From positions 124,001 through 188,000 of the forward strand of contig JAKIMF020000005.1 in the NCBI GenBank assembly GCA_022605425.2: a DNA stretch of 64,000 nucleotides, read 5' to 3'. How positions within the stretch are numbered: the first letter of the stretch is position 1; each line of letters starts with the position of its first letter. A program made the position numbers and the translations under genes. This document shows, piece after piece, positions 29,833 to 42,869 of this stretch. The stretch is from Hamiltosporidium tvaerminnensis FI-OER-3-3. Lineage: Eukaryota; Fungi; Microsporidia. The notes beneath the pieces were generated by a model that saw nothing but the letters and a program-made list of their open reading frames with translations, was not told the DNA's origin and did no database searches.

Positions 29833-32800
29833 AAAGCATACTATTATACCTTTGAAATATTGTAATTACTCAATAGACACAAATTCAAATTTGAATAGGC
29901 AATTTTCTAAAAATTATAATACATTCCGATGATTAAAATTTTGATGCGTTTCTCAGATTGTTAAGCTAATAAATTATATATATATGATGTCGGAAAAATG
30001 TCAAACTTTGTGGAAAATTTAGCTTCCGACGATAAATATACATATAAGAGAGAGGAATTGTGGTTTGAAATTAGTATGCCTTTGCTGCTATATGAAAAAG
30101 TATAAAATTTCAATGCCTTTCATGAATAAAAATTGCTAAAAAATGTATAATAAATCGAATTTTTGAATTTTTTTAATATGTTAACAGCAATATTGAAATT
30201 TTTTTTGGTATTTATTATAAACAAAACTAGGATTATGTTATATTAAAATAAAGTAAAGTAATGTAGTGTAATATAAAATTTAATTTGCGCTTATCATAGA
30301 AAAATATTGAATCAATACAGCATATAAATTACAGATCCTTGTTTTGATAAATTTCGAGCATTTATGCTTTTTCTTTGAGGAAATATAGTTGTCAATGTGC
30401 AACAAGGTTCTTATCGACATTGAAAGCCCTTCGTTGTGGCCTTGGATTTGTTCAATATATTCATGTTTTTTTTTAACTAAAAGAAGATTGTTTCAGATAA
30501 AAAAAGCAGAGTGTTTCGCTAAATAACCTAGTTCCAAGCATAAAGTGTACCTAGATATCATGTTTTTTACACCAAAAATAATATGAATTGACTCTGAAAT
30601 CTCAAGAACAAACTTAAAGTAGTTTCTTTACTTCGTAGTTCTAATTCACATCAAGGAATCAAACTCTCATAATTTAAATTTTCTCTGAGCTAGGTATTCA
30701 AAAATGAGAAGAGGTATGCTTTTCTAGCCTTTTGATCGTATTGTGTCTAAATTAACAACTTTGAATATATCTGAATTTTTAGAATCAAAATTCTAAAAAA
30801 CCGGCATTAATTCTATTGGCATTTCATTTATCTTGAGGATTGTATAAAAAAACCGCCTCGACATTTGCTTTTTTTGGTTTTTGTTAGAATCTATCTAGGT
30901 TGGTGTGGCATTCGAGTTGTAATTTGGAAAAGACTATTAAATGAAAGATTTTTTCGGTTCTGTTAGGTCATTTTTATCTCGATATTAAAATTCTCATTCA
31001 AACTTATTTTAATATTACAATTCGGTTTGTAGGTATTTAATGTCACTCTATGCTTTCTTCTAATCTAAATTAGGGAGAATTCGTGTGAAAAAATCGTTTT
31101 CAATCGCTTTAAACTTTGGATCAAATATGGTGTAGTCAAGTCTCATTTATTGCTTTTTATTAAGATTCGTATTTCTAATTTAGAAAGAACGTAAGCTTTT
31201 TAAGCTTTTTTTCTCTGTGAAATCTTCGAGCTACGTGTAAAACATATTTATACTATCTTGATTTATTTACACCCAAGGCTCTGGTTTTAGAAGCAAACTT
31301 CTTGGCTATCATCTTTAACTTGGACGAACATTTACGATGTTTTTAATATTATTGAAGAATTTTTCTCTTTAATCACTATCCAAAATCTTAGGCGGCATAA
31401 AATGCTTAAAAAATTAAATTTATATATTTGGCCCTTTCTACTAGTTTGCTTTTTTAAGTCAAAGTAGAGAAAATAAGGTAACTATATTTTGTAAAGATAT
31501 AATTTAATTTCATATTGATTTGATTGACTTGACAACTTGAATTCATATTTTTACTTAGTATCGGTTTTGCCACGATATTATTTTCTATAATGTGTATTTT
31601 CCGCACAGCAATCATAAATTTATATTGATCACTAGCATTTCTCTTGTGATGTTTCTATATGCAAATTTAAGTGTTGTTTACCCCGATTTCGGCCACCAGG
31701 CCTATTAAAACCCGTGCATTAAAAAAAAGAGAAATTTTTTTTGGATGTACATAAAATACAATTCGCCTTCTATCTTTCTTCCAGTAGAGTTCTGAATGGT
31801 TTTGTTTCTCCGATATTATTGCGAAAAAACTTGGTCAGTGTTGACACAAGTATTTAAATACTTTGATTTTGAATTATTTTACTTTTGCACTAGCTTCGAT
31901 TTTTGTTTTTGCTCGAAAAATTTAAAAAAAGCTGGACCTTAGGATAGGCAATAGTAGTCATACACTTATCAAAATGATGCTCTAAAAAATAACAGGTCTA
32001 TCTGTATTTGATTTTTGATATAAATAACAAAACTTAATAAAGAATAATTAAAAATATATCGAGAACTCTCTTATATGCAAGATTGATTTTGCGACGACCG
32101 AGAATTATATTTAAGAGACGAATCTCGTATACTAGAAACAAAATCTTAAGTCTGTTAGATGCACTTAAATATATAAACTGTTGCGGTATTATTAACAGAA
32201 ATCGCACAAGGATAGATTAATCTAGCTTTTCGTAAAATTTATTACAAAACCTGTATAATATGTTAAACTCTTAGCTAAAATAAAAATTAATATAATTTTA
32301 ACAAAAATCAGCATACAATAGTTAGTCCATTTCTTAAACGGCGAAGGTAATATAAGCATATCAAGTTTTTTAGATTGTTTTCGATGTATAGTTTTAGTTC
32401 TCTATTTAATTGTTTTGTGATAATTTTCAATTATTTAATCAATATTTAGTTTAATTTATTAAGCTCTTAATTTGCTTTATATTAATATACCGAGGTGCGG
32501 ATTTAGGCTTATTTAAAAGATATAATCAAATATTTTTATTATTTTAACAAAAATCGGCTATAGAAGATATTTTCAGCTTACTTTATAATTCAAAAACATA
32601 GATTTGTGCTTTTTTATAAACATTTTTATGACAGGATTCAATCCAGAGCTTAATATTATTTATTAAATTGTCTTATTTTGTTAAAAAATAGGATATACCT
32701 TGATATACTCAAATTTTTCGTTTTTATTTTTATACTTTCACATTGATTGCTTTGCTTAAAGCAGAATCAACATAAAAAATTCTTATATTGCGCGCTGATT

Positions 32801-33774
32801 TGTACAAGATTGATGCATGATTTACAATTTAATTCGGTCAAGCTTACTTTTTTAAACTTCGGATACTTAAACTTCTATTAATATAAATATTTTATACAAA
32901 TATATCATTTTATTTCATTTCTAAGACCACACATAATTCTTTTGTATGGCATCGGAAGTCTTGTTTTTACTTTTTACTTCGTACCGCAATTAATGAAAGT
33001 TTTAATGAGTTGTTTTTGTTTAATTTGCTTGTCATAGTCAATAAAAACAGCAATTTGCTACAATTTGTTCTTCTTTTTCAGATTTATTTTTTTACTACAA
33101 ATGTTACGGAAACGTAAGCGAGATCTTTTGGTTTGATATTAAATATCTGGTTTACTCTTCGAGATTACTGGTTATTGTTTTTTCAAATGCATTATATTGG
33201 GATTAAATTTCATCACGCTTTCGGGTTTGGATTTCTTAAAAATGAATAAATTAAGGAAACGCAGAGCATATTTTATTGTGTATTTCTATTATTTCAAATC
33301 AGACCGGAATGCTGCATACGGTTAAGATTATTAGGATATATTTTGTTTCACTATGATATAAAATTGCTGACAATCTACATTCTTATCATAGTTATCGATA
33401 TTTGTTTATTCAATACAATCATAAAAATTTGTAATCATTTTAAGCAGGCCTAAATATTTTATACCAACTAGGTTTTTAGAGAGTAAGCTAAGAATATATT
33501 ATGTATCGTCTAAATCAAATTACACTCAGAAAATAGCAATGCTTTTCTTTTTGTACATCATAGCATGAGGGTAATATTGGTTTTTTGGGTTTTATTTAAA
33601 AAGCTCTTTCGAAATTTATGCACTAAATTCGCAACTTTTCTTTTTTTAAATAAGGAATTAAGAAAACTGCTGATATTATTCAGAATAATAAATTATTGTT
33701 TAGTACGTAAAAAAAATATAATGGTATAAAAAACATATTTTTCCTCACATATTTACCTTTGATCATTAAAATTA

Positions 33775-33991
33775 GGACTCAGACCGGCATAAGCCTTGGC
33801 CGCTCTAAGTAATACCGCCCACTGGTTCTTTCCCACTGACTTTGTTTACTTTTTCGGGTTTGTAAAAAGGTGCTCTTGAAGAAGGGCTTTAAGCTTTATG
33901 CCTACCTCCAACTAGAAGACCAGTCTATTATAGTTGTCTCTTACGACAAGCTGAGAATGCACGAAGCTTATTCTGCTCCTGGTATAGTAAG
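33775..33991 (-). mobile_element. RTE-derived non-autonomous short retroelement, copy E
   Basis: AGCCTTGGCCGC...GTAATACCGCCCACTGG...TTTTCGGGTTTGTAA...AGAAGACCAGTC...TCTTACGACAAGC...TATTCTGC. Confidence 0.82.
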
Positions 33992-36576
33992 TAATCTTAT
34001 TTGCCTAAAATTACTTGAATTACGCAATATATGAAATCTTTGTATGTTATAATATATAATTTAAGTCGGATGAGAAGAAATGAAATTGTGAAACGTTAGT
34101 GCCGATTTTTATAATCAGTATGCTTTTTTCTCATTTCTCTTATTTTTAATTATAATTTGAGGAATGCTAAATTGCAAGCTGGTAGATATCGGGTTTCTTT
34201 TGCTTATTTTAAAGTTTGGCCGAAAAAAAATATAATCGAAATTAAATTGCGTACGAATTCTTTTATTAGTAGTTCTCAAATATTAAAATATTTGGCCTAA
34301 TACTTTCTATATAGCAATCGATATAGAAGTAAAGCGTTCTGTTTTTGAGTTTACAGAATAAATGCAGCTTATGCATGGTTTGATGCAGGTTAATCTTCTC
34401 TTTTATTTTTTTTGTAATAAAATATTTTAATTTTTCTGTATATTCAAATGAGCATGGTTTATAGGATTTTATTACATTTTTCGCGTTTAAAATTCACTTT
34501 ATAATGCTGAGTCTAATTTGCAAAAATATTTTAAAAATATCTAAAGAGAAAATACGATGTTGTAGGTTTAACTTTAATATATTTCCTAAGAATATGTCAT
34601 TTAGTATCTGAAAACATTGGACAGAATCTTTTTTTATATTAACAAAATATTTACTCAAATTTTATTGTTCTTTATATAAAATATATGTCGATTGTATTGT
34701 TTTTATATATTTTTTTTGCCTGCAAGTTTTAATACTATTTTGAAATTTAGAATATGATTTGTGAGTATTTTTTAAAATTTTCATAAATTTAAGTAAAAAT
34801 GCAAAAAAAAAATTGGTTGCATCAAGCAAACGTAATAAATTTCTACAGTAAAATATTTCTTGTTGTTTATAATGGCTACGGGGATATGATTTCATGAATT
34901 GAGAGGAAACAAAGCCTAAAAAAGTTTATATCGTAAATTTTGCTTTTAAATTTAAATATGTATTAAAACGCATAAAATTTTATTTTAAAGTGATAGTGGC
35001 CCTTCGCCTAGTATAGTTCTCGTTTACATTTATACCGTTGTCTCTTTCTTTAAATATAGTAATATTTTCCAGCGTCTATTTAATATTTAAAATTAGAATC
35101 AACATACTGTTTTTAACTTTCAAAACTTGTATATATACTCTTAAATAACATTTTCCAACTGAATTTTGTTAATCTTAAGATGAAATTTTCAAAAAACTGC
35201 ATGTTTAATGCTTTATTTAATATAGTTTTGTAATATCTAGCAATACTATAAAAAAATAATGTTTTCTCATTTAAATAGAATTTATTTACATTTTATTTTT
35301 CTAAGCGCTGTATAAAAATATGTGTACAAGGAGTATTTTTGACTATTTACTTATGATTTGATTTTTTTTTCTTCTTTTGTTAGGCTAGAAACCATTCTTT
35401 TTTCTTTCGTGAAAGGCGAATAAAGAAAATAAAACTAATTTGCTCGAAATAAGTAGTAAAAGACTGAATATACTTTGAAATTTTAAGATGTAAAATGTTT
35501 TACAAGTCTTAACAATATAAAAAATTTAAAGATATTTTAACGAATAAAGTTCTTATGTTGCACTTTAGAATTACATTGGTAATAGGTGTATCAGAATATA
35601 AAATGATTATGAGTAAAAATACATTATATTTATTTGATAGTTTATTGTGCATCTTAAAAAAAGTATTCGTTGCTTGATTCTGATTTTGTATGTTTATATT
35701 TTTGCTTGTAATTCGAAGTAATAAATTGCTTCAAGTACGAAACAGAAAACAGCATATAGAATAAAATAAAAGGGCAAACCAATGCTCCGTTTTTGATCTA
35801 AATTAAAAATTTCATAACCTAGGCATTTTTCGAGTTTTATAGCTTTATTGAGGCATAATATGATTTTTTTCTTAGCTCTATACCCAAATGAAGCAATTCG
35901 TCAAAAAAAATATATCAAGTTTTTTAAATTAAATAATTTCTTTTTTAAAAATCAAACATAAAACATTCACATGATATATTACGTCTAAAAGTATAAAAGT
36001 TCGGGTATTTATTTTAAAACTTGCTTAGTTGGTCGTAAATGAAGGTGTTTTCAATTGATTCGCAATATAACAATAGATTATGTATGTAAAAAGATTGTTA
36101 GTTCTCATTATGCATTAAGTATATATTTTTTTAATGTAAATTCTTTACATAAAATTGCATATAAACGCCATTCTGATAGGAATTATTAAAATTTTGAAGT
36201 ATTTTCTTTTAATATTTTTAACTAGGCTATTTAATATAGCAACAAAAATTGTTTAAAAGAGTTCAATAGATTGCCTCCTAATATCTTACAGGAACAATTG
36301 GTAATCATTTAGCGATTTATCATACGAAGTAGATATTCATCGGGTACTATAGATATAAAAATTGCAAATAAATTCGACAAAAACTATTTTAAATAAGAAC
36401 AAATAGGCATAAAAAAGTTATATTCAGATTTTTCAAAAAGATTTTGAGCAAAAAAGGATTTTATTTAACTTTTTTAAGGTATATGTGGCAGATTTTAAAT
36501 ATGCATTAATTATATTTTTGTGCGTATTACATAGTTGCTACTGGATTATTAGATTATTTATACTTTGAATCGCTTG

Positions 36577-36750
36577 GTATTAGTATTAGTATTAGTATTA
36601 GTATTAGTATTAGTATTAGTATTAGTATTAGTATTAGTATTAGTATTAGTATTAGTATTAGTATTAGTATTAGTATTAGTATTAGTATTAGTATTAGTAT
36701 TAGTATTAGTATTAATATTAGTATTAGTATTAGTATTAATATTAGTATTA
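36577..36750. repeat. Hexanucleotide microsatellite (GTATTA)29
   Basis: 29 tandem units, two of them ATATTA variants near the right end; explains the spurious poly-(LV) ORF at 36565..36768. Confidence 0.98.
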
Positions 36751-37419
36751 TGTTTAAATTTTATTTAACTCGTAAAATTAATCGAATGTTTCTAGCATTT
36801 ATCTCAAAGCAAACTACTTTGATATTACTATTTTTTTAATATCATATTTAATATATTTATATACAGTAAAAATATATTTGTCTATAATTTTATTGATTAA
36901 ATAGTATTCATAAAACATAATTTTTATATTTTAAAATTCCCTATGTTATCCGGTTAATTTGCTTCGAATCCGCGGTCACAAGTGGATTTGTAAATTATAA
37001 ATTTTCATTATAAATAAATATTCCTGTAAAAGAGCATAGCGATTTATTTAGAAGTTATCAATATATTTTGAAATATTTGAATCTATTTGATTAAGAAAAA
37101 TATCTTTTGTTTTCCATCACATACATGTGTTTGATTTATTCTAAAATAACGAGTATTAAAGCATATATAATGCTAAATTAATTATCTTTCTTTTGTTAGC
37201 TATATATCACATCCATTTGCACAAATTTAAGATGCTACCATATATAATTTTGACAAAAGAATTGATAAATTTTTATGAACTCACATGATGTATCGATAAG
37301 ATTTTTCGCCGTTTTTTCTTCTCGGAGAGCTAATTTGGACAGAGCGTTTCAAAGTACTTATTTAAAAAATTTGTAATGGAATTTATCAGTGTCCTTTATT
37401 TAGACGATAAAGGGTCTTG

Positions 37420-38146
37420 TTGTTGACCCCCCCCCCAATGCTATATCTAAGGTATTCTTGTCTTTACGAGTTTTTTTCTGTTGGACACTACTAGCAAATT
37501 TAATCTTTAATTCCTCTGGTTTTTCTTGTAATATGTTGGTTATCTTCTTCTGTTATGTTCACTTTAATCTCTTTTTCAAGAACCCCTACTCCCTTCTTTC
37601 TCTCCGCTTCAGACCCAACTTCTATATCAGGTTTTCGATATTTTAAATATCTATGGATTCTAATACATCGAATACATTATCGAGTGGATACCCGGGTGAT
37701 CTTCGTTTTTTTAAATCCTTGCAATCTGTAACTGTAAAATTCAACGCTGGGTCTAAGACTTCTTTGAAGAAAATTATTAATTCTGTATGATTTAGTCTAT
37801 TGTCTCTTCATGTTTTCTTTCGCCTTCTATCTAATATTTTTTAAATAACTACAGGCTCTTCGTGTAAACGCAGTGAAATACTGTACTCATCTTCATTGAG
37901 TAATAAGATTTGCACAAGGTCACATTTTAGACCATTGGTTTTTAACCCGGGGTGGCAGAAGTTATTGTTTGGAAATGCAGGAGGTGCTCGAATCAAAAGC
38001 TTGAGGTCCACTGAAATTATGATTATGGGTTTCTTGCAAAAAAATGAAAATACGCAAGGACTAAGTACAAATAAAATGAATATACTTATGCAATCTGTGT
38101 CGCTATGTATAGTATCACCATAAAATAAATAGATGGTTGTTTTCAT
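37420..38146 (-). pseudogene. Decayed coding-like segment with SAP-like motif (possible retroelement gag or orphan gene relic)
   Basis: Locally higher GC. The minus-strand ORF 37841..38146 contains GLKTNGLKCDLVQIL (SAP-like GLxxxGxKxDLVxRL); protein-like reading continues downstream through stops and frameshifts (e.g. LIIFFKEVLDPALNFTVTDCKDLKK). Confidence 0.3.
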
Positions 38147-38489
38147 TTTCGCCCGTGTGTATCAGCGAAATGAGCTGATTCTTTTCTAAAACATAGACGA
38201 TTTATATTCTTTCCTAGTCTGGGTCTACTATTATGCGTTTTCAGTAGTTAGTCGAGAAACTTTTTTGAGACGGATACGTATCACGCATTTATAGTTTCGA
38301 TTGTAACATTTCTTACCAAATTATACATTTTGAAATGACCTGGGGACTTACGACGAATGAATAATATATTTATTATACAGTTTTAGTTAATTTTTCTTTA
38401 ATTGTAAATATAATTTTGATAATTTTTTATCTTATTTTCGAATTTTAAGTTGAATTTAAAAATAAAGAATATAATTAATTATAGCGAAC

Positions 38490-40620
38490 CCATGTTTGGT
38501 ATAAAAATGCCATAAAAACTATAAGTATGTTGCATACCGATTCACGTGTACCACGGATAAGGATGGTGCGCAACGACCTCGACATACTTTTATGTTCCAA
38601 TATATTTTGGATATACCATCGGGCCGAGAGCAAACATACTTGGAGTATTCTCTGATTGTTGCAAGAAGCCGCTAAAAAAGACTGGTCTTTCATGCTGGGG
38701 TTAAGCATATGGCTAACAGCTCATTATTTACAACTACCTTGTCACGAAACCTGAAAAGGGGAACAAACCAGATGGAAAAATACCAATGAACGGTATTACT
38801 GAAGGCAGCCGAAGCTCATACGCAGCCGTAGTTCAAGGATAATAATAAAAATATATTTTCGAACTGTAATCTCTAACTTTCAAACGTATGGCCGCTTTTC
38901 AACTATCAGCATGATAATGAAAATGCACTTGGCTTGAACAGCTTACACTAAAAAAATCGACTTGTTTGCCCCTATACTATCTTAAAATTATAGACTTCTT
39001 AATTCAGATTTTCTTTTTAAGGGCGGTTTATGAAAAGTCATATTTGCGGAGACTGACAATAAAGACCTCATACGATCGCAAACGAATCAATGAAACTTTG
39101 CGTATGCGTAATTACTAAGCTTTTTTGAAATCGAATATAATTATATTTTCAGCAAATCACAATCAAAAAGTATATTTCGAGTTCAAATTCACGATCTTGT
39201 AAAACTATTTTATTGCGGATGATGAAAATATAAAATAACTTTTGCTAAAACTACGTATACCATTATTTGAGTCAACTTAGGTAGATAATCGCATCCAGCT
39301 GCTATTATTTGCACGATATTTAAAGGAAAAAGTAAGGAAAGAGGAAGTAATTTTATAGGTAAATAAGTTATTATCGAGGAGAATTGATGTCTTTAAAAAC
39401 AAAAAGCATTTTTTGAATTTCTATTGCTGTTTAACGTAATAGGGCTCGATAGTCACATACGAGCTTTAGCGATGTCGGTTAAAAATTTTTGATTTTCCAC
39501 AGGAAAAGGGAATTATCGCATGTTACAATAATACATTAAATTTTACATCAGTATGTACTTGCCCTAAAAACTTTCCAGAAACTTCTAAAATATCCCTCAA
39601 TTTCGACAATGAAAGTTATAAAAAATACTCGTAGACGAATTTTAAATTTCGCATTTTTTTGATTCGTGTGTGAAGAAATCCCTACTCATACTGTATTTTT
39701 ATGACCCTGAAAAACGATGGCGTTGCAAAAGTCGCGTTCTTTGCCGAGTTTTAGAATTAAGGGAAGAAATATTTAGTTACGCACTAATTAGAAATGTGAT
39801 TTAGTAAAGAATTTTGTAGTTTAAGGGGCTTATTTTTGGACTAACCTAATTAGCATATATACTGCCACTGTAAGAATGGAACATACTAACTACGGATTTA
39901 GTACAAATATATTAATGGCTATAAAAAATAGATATTTAGTTAAAAATGAATCTGAGTACGTAAGTTGAAATTTAGAATTTGTAAACCTTCCCTTACTTAA
40001 TTCTATTGTCTTGGAAAATCGAAGAAAATATTACTATAGTCGAAGTTGCAATGCATTGAAATTTGAGCGAAGTTTTCAATGAATATTTTTTTACTGTACA
40101 TTACCAAACTTAAAAATTAATACATGATCCATTTCTTTATAACCTAAATTTGGTGAATGGTGATCAGTGAAAAAGAGACTATCTCATTGCTATACAAAAC
40201 AATGAAATATTTTGAGTGACAATATCTATTAGAATTACAACAATTATGGGACACGTGTTAGAAGTTATCCTCTTTTTGCAAAAGAAGCATTCAAATTACA
40301 TCTACCATTTGCTACTACCTACTTATGTAAAATGGGGTGCTTCTCGCTTGTACAGATATACCAAAGCGGGAAATTGTTCAAATTTGAATTCGGACCTGAA
40401 CGAGTATTATTTAAAAAAAAGTCATGCTTTATAAATATTATAATAAACAAGCAATAATACTATATTCATTTTTGAAAATCATACTTTAGGGTATTTTTAA
40501 TCAAAGATATACGATTTCTTCAGATATGCAACAAATTTGCAAAAAATAGAGCACATTTTCATCGGTGGATCGCAGATCAATTTTCAGATTTACGGGGATG
40601 CGGTTCGCTTAACAGGTTAA
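38490..40620 (+). mobile_element. Decayed hAT (Buster/Charlie-like) DNA transposon; transposase pseudogene
   Basis: Ordered motif relics across frameshifts: BED-finger region KYVAYRFTC..DKDGAQRP..LCSNIF/SNCNL (~38520-38910); RPHTI (~39065); QLLLFARY (~39300); YDPEKRWRCKSRVLCRVLELREEI (~39700-39775, cf. HTEVRWLSRGKVLxRVFELREEI); C-terminal dimerisation KEAFKLHLPFATTYLCKMG...NLNSDL (~40280-40400). Ends and TIRs not resolved. Confidence 0.85.
38609..38849 (+). mobile_element. RTE-derived non-autonomous short retroelement, copy F, nested in the hAT transposase with 10-bp TSD
   Basis: Reverse orientation relative to copies A-E; ends in GTATTACTGAAGGCAGCCGAAGCTCATACGCAGCCGTAG plus a GATAATAATAAA tail; flanked by AATATATTTT at 38599-38608 and 38850-38859. 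Confidence 0.88.
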
Positions 40621-42629
40621 TAGACATCTCCTTAAACAAAGTATTATACTAGTACATTTCGCATAAATTAGTTCAGATAACGAAATTTACAACATAATTA
40701 TATAGTATAGCAACGGATAATATTACGAGGGAGCGAAATCGAAACCATACCGTTCTAACATATACACTGCGCATGGTCACTAGTAATGTTAGTAATGAAA
40801 GTATTTTGTTTTCTTGTTAGTATTTTTAAGATATTTTTAGGGTTAGAAATCATGCAATGATTTCCTTCTAGATCTGCTGCTTATTGAACTACATCTGGTT
40901 GTAGAAGCCTGACTTGCACATTTAATATATTATGTCTTTGTCTTTTTGGTATAAGAACTCAAAAATATGAGGTTTTTATAAAAATATTTTAGCAACTAAG
41001 CTATTCCGTGATACGCAATTCAAAAATCTTATGACCGATGATTTAATTTTTATCAGAAAATAGAGTATAATAGATCGAAATGTTTCAAGTTTTTTTAGTC
41101 TATATAATACATTCAGAATTATATTACTCTTTCGAGTATCTTCGGCAAAATGGTTCGAGTACTTTCTGCTAGTAGATAGTCTTCGTAGGGGCTCCCCTTT
41201 AGAAAACAAGACCATTTAATTAATTAATATCATTTTTAGAAATTTTCGAAAGAAGCTGTTGTATTCGAGAGAAAATCACTAGGGTCTACAAAAATATTTT
41301 CGTCAAGGTTTTTCTTGGATAATAGTCGCTGTTAGTGTTTGCTTTCAGAATTACTGTTAAAAACAATGTAATAATCATTGTAAATCTAAAAAACTACACC
41401 ATTTTTTAGATTAAGCATTAACTTATTACTAGCTTTACGATGTGTTGTGTTTCTGGTCAAATTTTGGGATGGGCAGATACATATATGCTTATTCTATTTT
41501 TCAGAATAGCAAACTGAAGACCAAATTTTGTAAAATTGCGTCTTAATGCTTCAATTTGCATACCATCTTATACCATATAAATGGATTCACCTTTGCCAGG
41601 AATATTAGAAGCTTTATTTGAAGCCTTATGTTTATATAAATCTTATAAAAAGCTCATATTTTAAGTCAATAAAGGACTTGGACAAATTTTTGAACTTCGA
41701 ATTACATACAAAACCAAAGATGCCTTTTTAGCTTGCTTAAATAATTAAAAGAGTATATGAGAAGAACATAGTAAAAGGGCTAATCGGTACCATAACGCGT
41801 GATAATCAGGAATGTGAACCGGGGATTAAACGAAGTCACATAATTCAATGCTCGATGTGGCAATGGTTTACCGTATATTCGCGTAAAGGCAAGTCATTTG
41901 GAATGATCAGGTATGTGAATGTAATTTCTATGTATTAAAATATATATTAAATATTTTATGGTAGTATAATGTAAAAATTACTGTATAATCGCATTATTCC
42001 TTTAATAAAAATTTCAAATTTTTTCTGAACCTTAAATTTATATAGTAATTTTCAAAAGATTGAAATATTTGAATACTTTATATTTTTTTGTTGCAGCAAG
42101 ATGATATTTTATGGCATTTTTTATGTTTACATTATTTAAAACCTCTTCTTTAAGAAAAGAATATTTTTGCAAAAATACATTCCTAAGTTATTTTTTTTTT
42201 AAATTTGAGCTGTACTATTGTCAATATCTCGGATTGAGATCTTTCGCTTTGATGGAAAAGAAATATATTAACGCAAAAATTGTTTTTTTTTAAACTTCTC
42301 GCAATATCTTCGTTCTTTTGTTAGGCTGCTGGTATTTTTTTTGAAAGTTACATATCTGTGCATTTTTTTGTGGTATTAAAATTCAATATTTATATATTTT
42401 AATTTGTTTGGTAATTTCTAACCTCCTAACTATTAAAAAGAGGCTTTTATAATTAACTCTTTCGTTTCGGATACTTCAAAAGCAAACTTTTCGCTGTGTC
42501 GTTACTTTAATATATGCATTTAACCTAAAATTTAGCTTTAAAAAAAAAATCGATTTTGTGAAGCTAAATCCATAAACAGGTGTTTTTAAATAGAAAGTGA
42601 TTGTCTAAAAATCCCACTGAGCAAATAAA

Positions 42630-42869
42630 ATGTGTAAATTTAATAAAATTCAACACAACCAAAAGATAAAATACATATATACCAAAATTAGAAATAAGAG
42701 CAAACGGCCTTACAACAGAACCGAGGTTGTTAAAAGGATTTGTAATGAACTCTCGGATGTTCGGCTATATCGCCTTCCTTTCGATCGAAGCGAACTAGCT
42801 TCTATCAGGGATGCTATCGGAAATGAATTTACAAATTTTTATATTGTATATTATGTTGTGTGGGAATAA
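42630..42869 (+). CDS. Candidate small hypothetical protein, 79 aa
   Basis: ATG preceded by AAAATCCC (CCC at 42613-42615) and AAATAAA; the TAA stop lies within AATAAA as is common in microsporidian genes; the central part reads as natural protein. No domain recognised. Confidence 0.35.
   Translation: MCKFNKIQHNQKIKYIYTKIRNKSKRPYNRTEVVKRICNELSDVRLYRLPFDRSELASIRDAIGNEFTNFYIVYYVVWE

Noticed and set aside
36565-36768. ORF encoding poly-(LV) membrane peptide; also a telomere-like TTAGTA repeat
   Set aside because: The ORF is a by-product of the (GTATTA)n microsatellite and starts with TTG; the repeat is internal and lacks the G-run of TTAGG-type telomeres.
41560-41920. Possible Tc1/mariner C-terminal relic (ending ..KASHLE)
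   Set aside because: Similarity too weak to support without a search; no clear SPDLNP motif or TIR.
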